Assembly: GCF_004010195.1 (NCBI RefSeq)
Contig: NC_057719.1
Span: 17,364,893-17,424,047 of the forward strand
Reading direction: 5' to 3'
DNA length: 59,155 bases
Source of the DNA: Chiloscyllium plagiosum
Taxonomy: Eukaryota
Shown here: piece by piece, positions 9,677 to 22,463 of the stretch
Layout: every line of letters starts with the position of its first letter
How positions within the stretch are numbered: the stretch's first letter is position 1
Made by a program: the position numbers and the translations under genes
The notes under the pieces: model-generated
What the model was told of the DNA's origin: nothing
What the model saw: the letters and a program-made list of their open reading frames with translations, nothing else
The model's database searches: none

Positions 9677-12600
9677 GTCTGTGACCAGTGGTCTACCACA
9701 AGGTTGGTGCTGCATCCACTGCTTTTCATTGTGTACGTAAGTGATTTGGATGTGAATATCAAAGATATGGTTAGTAAATTCACAGATGACACCAAAATTG
9801 GCAATGTAGTGGAAAGTAAAGAAAGTTATCTCAGTGTACAGCAGGACCTTGATCAGATGGGCCAATGTGCCGAGGAGTGGCAGATGGAGTTTAATTTAGA
9901 CAACTGTGAGGTGCTGCACTTTGGTAAGGCAAATCAGTGCAGGACTTATACAGTTAATGGTTGAGCCCTGGGGAATGTTGCCGAACAAAGAGACCATGGG
10001 GTACTGATGCTTGGTTTCTTGAAAGTGGAGTCACAGGTAGACAGAGTGATGACAAAGGCATTTGGCATGCTCACCTTCATTGGTCAGAACAGAGTATAAA
10101 AGTTGGGATGTCATGTTGTGCCTATACAGGATATTGGTGAGGCCACTTTTACAATACTACATTCAATTCTGATTGTTCTTCCATAGGAAGGATGTTATTA
10201 AACTTGAAAGGTGCAGAAAAGATTTACAAGGATGTTTCCAGGACTGGAGGGCGTGAGTTAGAGACCGAAGTTGATTAGGCTGGGGTTTTATTTTCTCTGG
10301 AATGTTGGAGACTGAGGATTGACCTTATAGAGGTTTATAAAATCGTGAAGGGCGTGCATAGGGTGAACAGCCATGGTCTTTTTCCTAGGGTGGTGGAGTC
10401 CAAAACTAGAGGTTTAAGGTGAGAGGGTAAAGATTTTAAAGAGACCTGAACGGTAATGTTTTCATGCAGAGGGTGGTGCATGTATGGAATGAGCCACCAG
10501 AGGAAGTGGTGGAGGCTGATACAATTACAACATTTAAAAGGCATCTGGATGGGTACATGATTAGGAATAGTTTAGAGGGATATGGCCAAGTGCTGGTAAA
10601 TGGGACTAGGTCAGATTGGGATGGATAAGTTGGACCGATGGGCCTCTTTCCATGCTATATGACTCTATGACTCAAATATGGCTCCTTAGGAGGGAAGTAT
10701 ATAGTGAAACTAAATAACTTTGGAGTAAAGGGTGAGTGTTAATCCTAGATTAGAAGTGTTGGGCTAAAACCCTGAAGGGGTTACTTTAAGTTGAGCATAT
10801 TTAAACTCAAGTGTCTCATAACTCCAGGAAATGTTTATCTGTAGTTTCAGTCTATAAATTAAAGTCACAAGTGATTTATTCCTATTGAGCTGTTCCAGAC
10901 AGGGTTTCTAAAGCAAATATTATCTGAGAGGTGTTTTGGGGTACTATCCAAGGTGGGTCTTGGATATAGCACTAGCGGAGTGGTTTAGATCCCATTCAAA
11001 GGTAATTTTCTTTTTTCAATTTCTAAAGGAGTATTTTGACATTAATGGGATTATACTTTTACTTTGTGTTTAACAATCTTTGAATTTGTGTTTTAGGTCG
11101 ATAGTTTGTTCTCTTTCGTCTTCAATTCTTTTGTTAATAAGCCCATATTTATTGTTAAAACAATATCTGCAGTTGTGCATACTTGTGTTTCAGCAAATGA
11201 CCAGCTTGTTCAAACCAAATCAAACTAAAAAAGATCTATCAAGCCAGGTTCAATGAGAACACTAACACCCAGCTTGTTCCTTGTAGATGGTGAACAGGAG
11301 GACACTTACTTGCCTCTGAATTCCCAATAGAAGGGGCATTCTGGATTTTAACCCTGCACTAAAAGAACAATCCAGGTTGAGTTGGCCTGGGACTCACGGT
11401 AAAATACGATGTTGAATGTGTGCAATTTTCTATAAAAATTACAACTTTACTACTTGCAATGGTTTACTGGATACTTGTGGGTTAGCAGCACAGCACAGGA
11501 ATTCAGGGATGGAGTACAAAAAAATTCATAATTCAGGGAGGACATTACATTCAACAAAGATTCATAAAATATGTCCTTGAATCGAATCGCAATTGTCATC
11601 AGTTTAGAATATGTTGAGCACTCTTTGCTTGCTTATACTCAATTCAGACTCAGGGTGAATCAAGTCAGTGACTTTGAGAGCATTTTCTTCAGATCCCTGA
11701 GACCAAGCATTAGCATATAAAACTTCTGAAGCCACAAATGATGTGCCCACTTCTTCAGTGTCACTTCACCAATCTGAAAAAAAACATGCTGCCTAATCGG
11801 AATCTGAATGTCCCCAACCCTGCGTTTGACGACGCTGTCCTCTCCTCCCGACGGGACACAAGTTCACCTCTCGGAGGGTGGACAGAGAGCTGCATAACGA
11901 CAAGAAATGTGAGGAACGAATGGGCGGAAAATGCAAATTAAAAATAGAAAGAGAAGGCAGCGCAGTAGCTCAAGAGGTTGAATGCTCAATTCCCAACCAG
12001 ATGGTCCCGAGATTGAGTCCCAGGGCTACCTGTCACTCAAACACGGTTGCCACAGTTGGGTGAGTTTTTGTCAGTTCTCAGCAGGGTCACTTGATATGGT
12101 GCCAGTCGATAACAAGGCATCATGTCTAATGGAAGGGGGGGGGGGGGTGCGATGTGAGGAGGGGTGTTTTGTTGCGGGGGGAGGATTTAAAAAATGTACA
12201 AACTGGCATCATGCAGCTCGCTCGATTTAAAGTGCTCCCTACTGCAAGCTGATCACCACAAAACGCTAGGAACAGCAGCCGACAAGAATCACATAGCCCA
12301 GACTGCCTTGTCCTGACAGATAGAGAGAGAGAGGGACACACACAGATGGACAGGACTGAGGGAATGAAGTGGGAAGGAAAAGGACAGGGAGCTGGGAGGG
12401 GAAGGGGGAGGGGAAGTGGAGAAGGTAAGAAATATAGCGGTCCTCACTTCAGACAGCTTGAGCTGCTCTACAGTGCAGTGCACAGTTAATGGTTCTGACA
12501 AAAGGAATGCACTCTGTAAAGGGCTGTGACACCAGTTCTCCCATCGATTGATCGTGGTTCCAGTGTGGTGTACTTGAGTTTATGACAAAAGGATTCATGA

Positions 12601-13274
12601 CACCAGTGCCAGAAAATCAATAGTGTGATAGATACTACTCTTGGCAGACCCCATCTACATCACTTTGTTGTGCATTTGTTGTGACATTTATTACTTCAGC
12701 AATAAATTCCATCTGTAAAATAACAAATCAGAGCCTCACAAATTCATTAACCTGGCATTAATTAACTAAGTGAGAGGAGGAGGAGTGCAGCAAAATGATC
12801 TGGATGATGGAGCTAGGTGTCCCTGGTACACACTTGAATCAGTTACAGTGCTTCTGGCCTGAGTTTAAATACATTGTGTAAGTAATGCAGAACAGCCAAG
12901 TATCTAACGTAGCACATCAGGAGTTGCTACACCAAAGCCAGACTGTTCAGAGGCCGAACCAGCCTAGCTCAGTGCCAAGCTAAAGGTATGATTGGTTCCT
13001 AATTTCCTCTCTCATAATCGAAGTGCCGCACCTTCCCTTCCTCTGCCTCAGATACTCTCCTCTCTACGACTCCCTGCTCCCAAGTCAAAGTAGCCAGTTT
13101 TCTGCAGAGCTATCTCACATGCAGAGGCTCACTTTCTCTTCTTGTGTGGCATATTCCTAATCTCCCCTCAGCACCTTCCACATCACAGGCACCACCAGTG
13201 CCCTCTCCAAACCCCACACACACCCCTCCTCCTAATTCAACTCTCCCGTCCTTTCCTTTGCCAAGTTTAGGATA

Positions 13275-13420
13275 AAGGCAAAATACTGTGGATGCTGGAA
13301 ATTTGAAACAAACACAGAGAGTGCTGGGGAATCTCAGCAGCATCGGTGGAGAGAGAAACAGAGTTTCAAGTCCAGTATGAATCTTTTTCTGAACCATCAA
13401 ATGTGAAACTCTATTTCTCA
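13275..13420. mobile_element. Degenerate PLE family C terminus
   Basis: aaaatactgtggatgctggaaatttgaaacaaacacagagagtgctggg...ctcagcag...gagagagaaacagagtt. Confidence 0.55.
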
Positions 13421-14359
13421 AACTGAGGAACTTGTTGCACAGGTAATTGCTGATGGAAGTCCAAGTGGTGTTATTGTGTGGCCTGGCAGACAACAGCAGT
13501 TAGTCAGCAGACAATCAGCCTGCTGTTAAATCTCTAACAGGCTCCATGTCCTTTCCTATTGAAATTGTGAGACTAATGGGGTGTAGGGAGAGGGTGGAAG
13601 ATGGTTGCCTGTCACACTATGACTTTAGCAGCTGAACTGTCACTGAAACAGGATCATTGATACCTGGCGCAAAGGCATTTGGGTAATTCGCTGACTTTAC
13701 ACTCCCTGTTGGGAGTCTCATCTGCCAGATCCCATGTGTATGTTTCAAGCAGGTACTAGGCACAGTTTCCCCCAGTTAATTAAAACAGGCTGAAAGTTAC
13801 GCGTAGCACGCACTGAAATGTAATGCCTCCAAGAGACACGTCTCCTATCAGCAGCACCAAGACAAAATGTTAAGCTTGATACAAGCAGGATTTTATCCTT
13901 TAGGGTCTGTAATGTGTTAAGATTGAAATTTTCCACAAACATTGTTGAAGAATTCAAATGAGATATGTTGCCTTTTAGATCAAAACATTCTCATAAAATG
14001 TCCAGGACTTTAGAGAGACACCCCCTAATAAATAATATTAAAGTGATCGTTACATGACCATTTCTCCTGAGTATAATGTACTATTATTTGCATTATTTAT
14101 ACATCTATATGCATCTATGTAACCATGACCTTTTGATCACAAACAGCTATAAAGAGATGGCATTAGGGACAACGGAACTATTATCAGTGGAGATTGGAGG
14201 GTTTGAACCTGCTGATTTCAATGCCTTTGCTAATGGCCAAAATCCCTAAAGATCCTGTTTGTTGGCCTGGAAGAACATCTGTTCTGTGTCTGGGTAAGGC
14301 TGAAGGCACCCATCATTGAGGCTGTGGTACTGAGCCTGGGTCTCTGTCTAAGGGAAGGC

Positions 14360-15275
14360 TTATGAAGGACAAGAGGCAATCTCATTGAAACATGTAAGAT
14401 TCAGGAAAGGGCTTGAAAGAGTAGACATTCCAATCTTGTATAGTGGCACAAACGCAGGATATGTTGTTGATCATTTAGGACTGAGATGAGATGTAAAAAG
14501 TTGTGAATCTTTGGAATTCTCTGCCCTAGGAGATTGTGGGTGGTCCATTGTTGAAACATTTAAGGCTGGGATAGAGAGATTTCTTTGATCTTTCTGGGAA
14601 TCAATGGATATGTGGAGGGAAGGTGGAGTTCACAAGGTCCTGGCGAGTGTTTCTGAAAAAAGAGACCTTGGAGTGCAGGTTCATAGTTCCTTGAAAGTGA
14701 AGTTACAGGTATATAGGATAGTGAAGAGGGCTTTTGGTATGCTTTCCTCTATTGATCAGAGCATTGAGTACAGGAGTTGGGAGGTCATGATGTGACTGTA
14801 CAGGACATTAGTTAGGCCACTTTTGGAATATTGGGTGCAATTCTGGTCTTCCTGCTTTAGGAAGGATGTTGTGAAACTTGAAAGGGTTCAGAAAAGATTT
14901 ACAAGGATGTTGCCAGGGTTGGAAGTTATCAGCTATAGGGAGAGGCTGAATAGGTTGGGACTGTTTTTCCCTGGAATGTCAGATGCTGAGGGGTGACGTT
15001 ATAGAGGTTTATAAAATCATGAGGGGCATGGATAGGGTAAATAAACAAGGTATTTTCCGCAGGGTGGGGATTCCAGAACTAAAGGGCATAGGTTTAGGAT
15101 GAGAGGGGAAAAATTTAAAAGGAACAACTTTTTAATGCAGGTAAGTTTGAAAAAAGGGTCTGTTTCTGTGCTGCATATCTGTATGACTCGATAAAGATCA
15201 AGATCAGCCATAACCATGAAGCAGGATTGACAGACCATATGGTCAACCCTGCTCCTATTTCTTGTGCTCCTGATG
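14360..15275 (+). mobile_element. Old CR1 3' end containing a younger, internally deleted CR1 fragment (14634-15189)
   Basis: EKRDLGVQVHSSLKV...IEYRSWEVM; ~15140 jumps directly to the tail; the older tail resumes at gatcagccat (15202). Confidence 0.8.
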
Positions 15276-15469
15276 TGAGAACATTGTGTGGAGTGGACAC
15301 AGGATGAATGTAATACATCTTTAAAATGAAATGCATAAACACTAGAGATAGACATTCGGGGCTAAGGCCAGGAGTCAGTTCTTTATACAAAGTGTGGTGG
15401 AAACGGGAACCCCCAACCTGCTCCCCAAAAAAAACTGAGGTTATAAACATCCATTTGGAATTTCTTTCT

Positions 15470-15870
15470 CTTTTATAGCAGTGAAGGTTAAGTGGAAATT
15501 TGTTGAGGCATTCAAAATTACGAAAGCTTTCGATAGAGGAACATGAGAAATTTCTTTGACCGGCAGACGTGTTGGTAACTAGAGAACATGTACTTAACAC
15601 AATTAACAAAAGACTCAGCAAAGAGAGGAGGAGAACTTTCTTTAATGCAGCTGGTTGCTATGCTCAGGTATGGTGCACCCTAAATGGGTGGTGAAAGAAA
15701 ATGGAACAATAGCATTCAAAAGGGAATTGAATGCATATAGATATACCTGGCAAGGAAGGATTTACAAACCAATGGGGAAAAGCCGGGGAGTATTGGATAA
15801 TTATAAATAAAAGCTGGCACAGGAATGATGGACCAAGTGGCCTTTTCTGTGTTGTATAATTCGAGTGAAT
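15470..15870 (+). mobile_element. Old CR1 3' end
   Basis: gttgaggcattcaaaatt...actagagaacat...ttctttaatgcag...gatggaccaagtggccttttctgtgttgtata. Confidence 0.6.
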
Positions 15871-16517
15871 TCAAGAACCAATGTGCAGCTATACCCATTG
15901 TAGTTTAACCCCCCTCCCCTCCCCCACAGGAATGAATGTCATTCGGAGAGGTATTAGAAACTGAAAATAACAAACTGTGCAAATAACATGAATATTCTAG
16001 GCAAAGCATCTTGTGTTTTGTACATTGCGTGTTAACATGTTTACAGGTAAAACGTTGTTATAACAATTGAAAAATAAGTTTTCATAATTTGCGTATGCAT
16101 TTATATATAGCAAATGTGTATTTTGTTTAAAAATCTACAGATTAAGTGTGTTGTACTATAAAACCTAATTTATTTAGAAATGAGTTTCTATTTACGAAAA
16201 CAGGGTAGTTTATTAGCGATTAAGGAGCTTAGCGCCTGATATTTACACTGGCTGTGCTCTAGCAGATGCATGAATAATTAACAGAATAACATTTACAGCA
16301 GTGAGAATAGGGCTGGTGAATGGAAAGCTAAACTTCATGAAAAATATTCTCTTTGAAAAATAAAAAAGCTACACCTTGAAATGGGTGAGGGAAACAATTT
16401 GGTTGGAGGCTGGTTCCACAATTAACCACTCCCAATGAGGTACAGTCCCAGCAAGAAGTGAAAATTGGGGCATGGTGCAGTTGCTCAAAGTGAGCAACCA
16501 GGATGGCTCTTTGTTTT

Positions 16518-16620
16518 AGAAACCAAAACAGAAGGTGCTGGAAAAGCTCAGCAGGTCTGGCAGCACCTGTGAAGAAAAATCAGAGTTAACGTTTTGGGTC
16601 CGGTGGCCCTTCTTCAGACC
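16518..16620 (-). mobile_element. PLE family C terminus with hammerhead-like core
   Basis: Minus strand CTGAAGA A GGGCC accg GACCC aAA ACGT T aac. Confidence 0.7.
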
Positions 16621-16964
16621 TGGCTTTTTAAAATATTTATTCTTAGGATGAGGGCATCACTGGTTAGGCCATAATTTACTGCCCATCTTAATTGCCCACA
16701 GAGCTGTCTCACACTCAGAGAAGATATACAGTGACCAGTAGATCAGTTGCTGTATCTTTCTCTTGGCTATGACCTCAGAACACATGGAGGTTCTACCTTG
16801 ACATGTCTGAGGTAATTGTTTGCTACTTTTGGACAGTGCAATTCCATGGCACTGCCTGGGAATCAGTAGGTTCTGGATTTGAGCCCCAACTCCAGAAGTA
16901 GGACCCCAAAATCTTGTTGACACTCACTATGCCATACTGAAGGAATGCTGCATTGCCACAGATG

Positions 16965-17346
16965 GTCATAGAGTCATGGAGTCATACTCTTGTACAGCAA
17001 GGAAAAAACCCTTTGGTCCAACTTGTCCATGCTGATCAGATATCCTAAATTAATCTAATCCCATTTGACAGCATTTAGCCCATATCCTTCTAAATCCTTC
17101 CTTGTCATATAGCCATCCAGATGCATTTTAAATATTGTAATTGTACCAGTCTCCACCACTTCCTCTAGCAGTTTATTCCATACACATATCAACTTCTGTG
17201 TGTAAAAGTTGCCCCTTGGGTCCCTTTGAAATGTTTTCCCTCTCAACTTAAACCTATGCCTTCTAGATTCCCCGACCTGAGAAAACAGACCTTGGCTATT
17301 TACCCTATCCATGCCCCTCATGATCTTATAAATATCTACAAGGTCA
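16965..17346 (-). mobile_element. CR1 3' end
   Basis: DLVDIYKIMRGMDRVNSQGLF...WNKLLEEVVE; gagtcat tail. Confidence 0.9.
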
Positions 17347-17432
17347 GTCTTAAGGTAAAATATAAGACCTATACTCTGTCTTCCCACTCAGGTGGGGATT
17401 AACCATTTCAAGGAAAACTAGAGGAATTCTTC

Positions 17433-18092
17433 TCGCAGCTAGATAGGATAGTGAAGAAGGAGTTTGGTACGCTTGTCTTTATTGGTCAGTGTATAGAAGA
17501 GGGAGGTCATATTGCAGCTGTACAGGACATTGGTTCGGCCATTACTGAGATACTGCATGCAATTCTGGTCTCCCTGCTACAGGAAGGATGTTGTGAAACT
17601 TGAAAGGGTTCAGAAAAGATTTGCAAGGATATTGCAAGGTCTGGAGAGTTTGAGTTATAGGGAAAGGCCGAATAAGCTGGGACTATTTTCCCTGGAGTGT
17701 CAGAGGCTGAGGGGTGATCTTGTAAAGGTTTATAACATCATGAGGGGCATGGGTAGGGTAAATAGAGAAGGTCTTTTCCTAGGGTGGGGGAGTCCAAAAC
17801 TAGAGGGCACAGGTTTAGGGTGAAAGAGGAAAAATTTAAAAGGGACCTACGGGGCAACGTTTTCATGCAGAGGGTGGTGTGTGTATGGAATGACCTGCCA
17901 GAGTAAGTAGTGGAACCTGTACAATTACAGGATTTAAAAGACATCTGAATGGCTATATGAATAGGAAGGGTTTAGAGGGGTATGGGCCAAGTGCTAGCAA
18001 ATGTGACTAGATTTATTTAGGATATCAACATGGACAAGTTGGACCAATGGGTCTGTTTCTGTGCTGTATATCTCTCTGACTCTCTGACTCTA
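17433..18092 (+). mobile_element. CR1 3' fragment
   Basis: QLYRTLVRPLLRYCMQFWSP...LERVQKRF; ctctgact tail. Confidence 0.92.
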
Positions 18093-18897
18093 CGTCCTGG
18101 CCAATCAACTAACCCTGGAAACAACATCGTTAAAACAGATGATTTGCAATGTACAAATTGGCGACTGTGTCTCTGACATTGCAGCAATGACTAGTATCAA
18201 AAAGTACTTAAGTGGCTGCTTTTTGGAATATCTTAAGGCTATGAAAGATTCTATCAAAATACAAGCTCTTTTCATCTATTCATTGCAAGCATAGTAATAA
18301 GCAGTGAAATCACACACACACACACAGGCACCTTCAAGAATTGGTTGGCTCTTTCCAATGCCATCAAAGGTATCAAGTTATTAAGTGTCAAAGCAATAGA
18401 CTCTTTCCAAAGAATACAAGACCTTCCAGATAAACCCATCTGCAGCTTGTTCCTGTTTAAAGGAAATGATTGACATCCTGTTTCTGAGGGATGAACCTTT
18501 ATAAATTTCCCAATGGAGAAGACCCATTAAATGGATAAAGTACTGAACCATTACAGGTTGGCAGGTTTGATGTAGCCTTCAGTGTTCCTCACTCCATCCT
18601 CGCAGCCTGCGCATAAACACTAGCTTATTCTTTCCGGCCATTAGGAATGCCAATGGCCTTTTGCCAAAACCAGCCATCGAAGCAGTTCCCACATTGTTTG
18701 AAGGAGGAAAGGTATTAGGAGTCACTGAAGAGATCAAGGCTCACATCTGCATTCACGTCTGCTGCTCCCACTAAGAAACCCTCCAAACAGATGAGAAAAA
18801 CTCCAGGAAAGGAAGCCTCAGCATTTGATATTATTATATGCCCTGCCTGCAGGGAAAGTGTCACATGCAACTATGCCAGTTAAGATACAAATTAATG

Positions 18898-19066
18898 GGG
18901 ATGCTGGAGATCTGAAATGAAAACTGAAAATGCTGGAGAAACTCAGCAGCTCAGCAGTGGAGGGAGCAATAGAGTTAACATCTCAAGTTCGATATGACTC
19001 CTTCAGAAATCCCAAATCTGTACAGTTCTGAAGTTAACGCTGAACATTTACTCTGTCGCTTTCTCT
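18898..19066. mobile_element. Degenerate PLE family C fold-back
   Basis: gatgctggagatctgaaatgaaaactgaaaatgctggagaaactcagcag...cttcagaa / ttctgaag...actctgt. Confidence 0.55.
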
Positions 19067-19094
19067 TACTATTGGAACACACCCTAGGCTCCCC

Positions 19095-19277
19095 CAAAAG
19101 TTGTCATGATATATGAATTTTCTTTGCCCCTTTACCTTCTTCCACTCATCTTGCATCCAGCTCAAGCCAGGTTCTGACAACAGGGCCAACAGTGACCATT
19201 GCTCCTGACCATTTGATTTGCTGACAGCTCATGGAGGTGGGAGCCCCTGCCCACATGGAGACAGCAGTCGGCCCTGA
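19095..19277 (+). repeat. Direct repeat copy 1 (~183 bp)
   Basis: Near-identical to 20108-20291. Confidence 0.95.
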
Positions 19278-19295
19278 GACACTTCATACCCCCAT

Positions 19296-19936
19296 GAGTC
19301 ATAGAGTCATACAGCACTGAAACATGGCCTTCGGCCCAACTCAGCTGAGACACCAGACATCCCAATCTGACCCAGTCCCATTTGCCAGCATTTGGCCCAT
19401 ATCCCTCCAAACCCTTTCTATTCACATACCCAACCAGATGCCTTTTAAATGCTATAATTGTACTAGCCTCCACGACGACCTCTGGCAGCTCATTTCATGC
19501 ATGCACCAACCTTTGTTAAAAAGTTACCCCTCAGGTACCTTTTAAATCTTTCCCCTCTCACCTTAAACCTATGCCCCCTACCCTTGAAAAAAGACCTTGG
19601 CTATTCACCCTATCCATGCCCCTCATTATTTTATAAACTTCTATAAGGCCACCCCTCAGTCTCTGATGCTCCAGGGAAAAAAGTGCCAGCTGATTCAGCC
19701 TCTCTCTGTAGCTCAAAATCTGCAGTCCCAGCAACATCCTTCCAAATCTTTTCTGCATCTTTCACAACACTCTTCCTATAGTAGGGCGACCAGAATTGTG
19801 CACAATATCCTAGAAGTAGCCTCACCAATGTCTTGTACAGCTGCAAAATGATGTCCGAAAGCTTATACTCAATGGTCTAACCAAAGTATGCCAAACACCT
19901 TCTTCACCAGCCTGTCTACCTGTGATTTCAGTTTCA
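19296..19936 (-). mobile_element. CR1 3' fragment
   Basis: MQLYKTLVRLLLGYCAQFWSP and LIEVYKIMRGMDRVN on the minus strand. Confidence 0.92.
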
Positions 19937-20107
19937 CCTGTACCCTGGGTGTTCAATAGTTCCAGGGAAGCCAGTCGTGCCCATTCCCATTTCATTGGCC
20001 AGGTGTGGGCTGGTCCAAACCACCTCTGACACCTCCAGCCCTATGTGTAAAAGAACAAGTAATTCCACACCTCTTCATTACCTTCAAAGGGTTGGGGAAT
20101 GTCCCCT

Positions 20108-20291
20108 CAAAAGTTGTCATGATATATGAATTTTTTTTGCCCCTTTACCTTCTTCCACTTATCTTGCATCCAGCTCAAGCCAGGCTCTGACAACAGGGCC
20201 AACAGTGGCCATTGCTCCTGACCATTTGATTTGCTGACAGCTCATGGAGGTGGGAGCCCCTGCCCCCATGGGGACAGCAGTCCGGCCCTGA
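20108..20291 (+). repeat. Direct repeat copy 2 (~184 bp)
   Basis: Near-identical to 19095-19277. Confidence 0.95.
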
Positions 20292-20302
20292 CTTTGGAAA
20301 GG

Positions 20303-20395
20303 ATTAACTCTGTTTCTCTCTCCACAGATGCTGGAGTTCTGTAGCATTTTCCATTTTTATATCAGACCTCCGGCATCCAAAGTGTTTGCATTTCA
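20303..20395 (+). mobile_element. PLE family C tail
   Basis: ttaactctgtttctctctccacagatgctg...cagacctccggcatcc. Confidence 0.55.
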
Positions 20396-20404
20396 TCTGC
20401 TTTG

Positions 20405-20640
20405 CGATGTTGATTCAGGGATAGAGTTTAGCCAGGACACCTCGTCTACTTCAAAACAATATCATGGGATCTTTTACATCCAGGTAGATAAAGGGCTTGG
20501 CTTAGCTCCTCAGCTGAAAGACACCTCCAGGAGTCCAGCACTCCCAAGTCAGCCTTGGATTTTGTCCTTAAGCCTTGGAGTGGGACTGGAACTTTAAGAC
20601 ATACAGGCAAGAGTGTGACCAAGTGAGCCACAGCTGACAC
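20405..20640 (-). mobile_element. DeuSINE-like SINE
   Basis: gccaggacacc...catgggatcttttacatcca...gtgagccacagctgacac (reversed Deu domain and tRNA head). Confidence 0.7.
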
Positions 20641-21744
20641 TGCGTGGAGCTAAGGGATTAGCTGTCAGCCAACCAGGTGCAGAAACTAACAGATTACTAA
20701 TGGTAAACAGGGAAGCAAGCAAGCTCCATTAATGGCCCATTTCTCACGCCTGTGTTATGCCCATGGGAACACTCCCAGCGGTCACACTGTTAGACCGTTA
20801 TTGGAATTACTTTTGAAATGCATTCAGCAGAATGTCTCCCCCCCCCCGTTCAAAAAATAACATTTATGGCAGAACATTTTTCGCAGCATTTTTTTTTCCA
20901 TTACAAACACTTATTGTGGTAAGCCAGTAACCGTTCTATGGATTGCTGAGTGCTGGAATTTTGTAATGTAAATCTTGTCAGTGTTATTTGATCACTGCAT
21001 TTCATGGAAAATACAACTTTGCAAAATGAGCCTTTGAAAAGTTATGGTTATAACAAATAATTTATGTGTATTTGTGAAGCTCGACATCCATGCTACATTA
21101 ATTTGAAATTGAAGTCAAGGTCTCCAGTACGAGAGAGAGCTGCAGCTTTTCAGTAACTAAGCTGAGGATTAACCATAAAACCAAGGGTCATGTATAACCT
21201 CCACATGATAAGCAAAGACAGCCTTCATGTCTCAGTGAATAAATGCAATAAGATATACTGACTTGAGGAGAATTAATTTTATTATTTCATGATGTCGCTG
21301 GTAAAACCAATTGTTTGTTGTCCATCCCCAACTGTCTTTAAAAAGGTGGTGGTAAGCAGCCGTCCATTTGGGGTCAGTACACCCACGATATTGTTAGGAA
21401 GAGAGTTCCAAGATTTGATCCAATGACAGTGAAGGAACAGCGATATATTTTCAAATCAAGATGATGTTTGGCTTGGAGGGTAACTTGCAGCTGCATGTTC
21501 CCATGCATCCTTTGTCCTTCCAGTCAGTAGAGATCATGGGTTTGGTAGGTGCTGTCAAAGAGCCTTAGTGAACTGCTGCAGTGCATCTTGCAGGTGGTAC
21601 ACTCTGCTGCCTCTGGGCACTGGTGGTGGAGAGAGGAAATGTTTAACCCGGTGGATTAGCTGCCAAGCAACTAGGTTGCTTTCTTTTTCTGCATAATGTC
21701 GAGCTTCTTGCATGATTGAATCATCCATCCAAACGTAAATGATT

Positions 21745-22463
21745 TAGAGTCATAGAGATGTACAGCATGGAAACAGACCCTTTAGTCCAACCCGTCCATG
21801 CCGACCAGATATCCCAACCCAATCTAGTCCCACCTGCCAGCACCCAGCCCATATCTCTCCAAACCCTTCCTATTCTTGTTCACATCCAGCTGCCTTTTAA
21901 ATGTTGCAATTGTACCAGCCTCCACCACATCCTCTGGAAGCTCATTTCATACACGTACCACCCTCCGCATAATAAAGTTGCCCCTTAGGTCTCTTTTATA
22001 TATTTCCCCTCTCACCCTAAACCTATGCGCTCTAGTTCTGGACTCCCCCACCCCAGGGAAGAGACTTTGTCTATTTATCCTATCCATGCCCCTCATGATT
22101 TTATAAACCTCTAATAAGGTCACCCCTCAGTGTCCGATGCTCCAGGGAAAACAGCCCCAGCCTGTTCAACCTCTCCATATTGCTCAAATCCTCCAAACCC
22201 TGGCAACATGCTTGTAAATCTTTTCTGAACCCTTTCAAGTTTCACAACATCTTTCCGATAGGAAGGAGACCAGAATTGCACGCAATATTCCAACAGTGGC
22301 ATAACCAATGTCCTGTACAGCTGTACTCAATACTCTGACCAATAAAGGAAAGCATACCAAACACCTTCTTCACTATCCTATCTACCTATAACTCTACTTT
22401 CAAGGAGCTATGAACCTGCACTACACGGTCTCTTTGTTAAGCAACACTCCCTAGGACCTTACC
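21745..22463 (-). mobile_element. CR1 3' fragment (young)
   Basis: PLLEYCVQFWSPSYRKDVVKLERVQKRF; tagagtcatagag tail. Confidence 0.93.

Larger units (their letters stand above)
9366..10673 (+). mobile_element. CR1 LINE 3' fragment (RT domain, degenerate)
   Basis: ORF 9704-9964 PLLFIVYVSDLD...SKFTDDTKIG...QQDLDQMGQ; atgactct tail. Confidence 0.92.
8620..11255 (+). mobile_element. Probable LTR-derived insertion (AT-rich) hosting nested CR1 copies
   Basis: Interrupts the LINE; 11140-11250 resembles a polyA-signal/U5 region; TG...CA termini not established. Confidence 0.35.
16845..18270 (+). mobile_element. DeuSINE-like SINE split by two CR1 insertions
   Basis: Pieces 16845-16964, 17345-17432 and 18093-18270 reassemble collinearly with the 6170-6500 copy. 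Confidence 0.55.
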
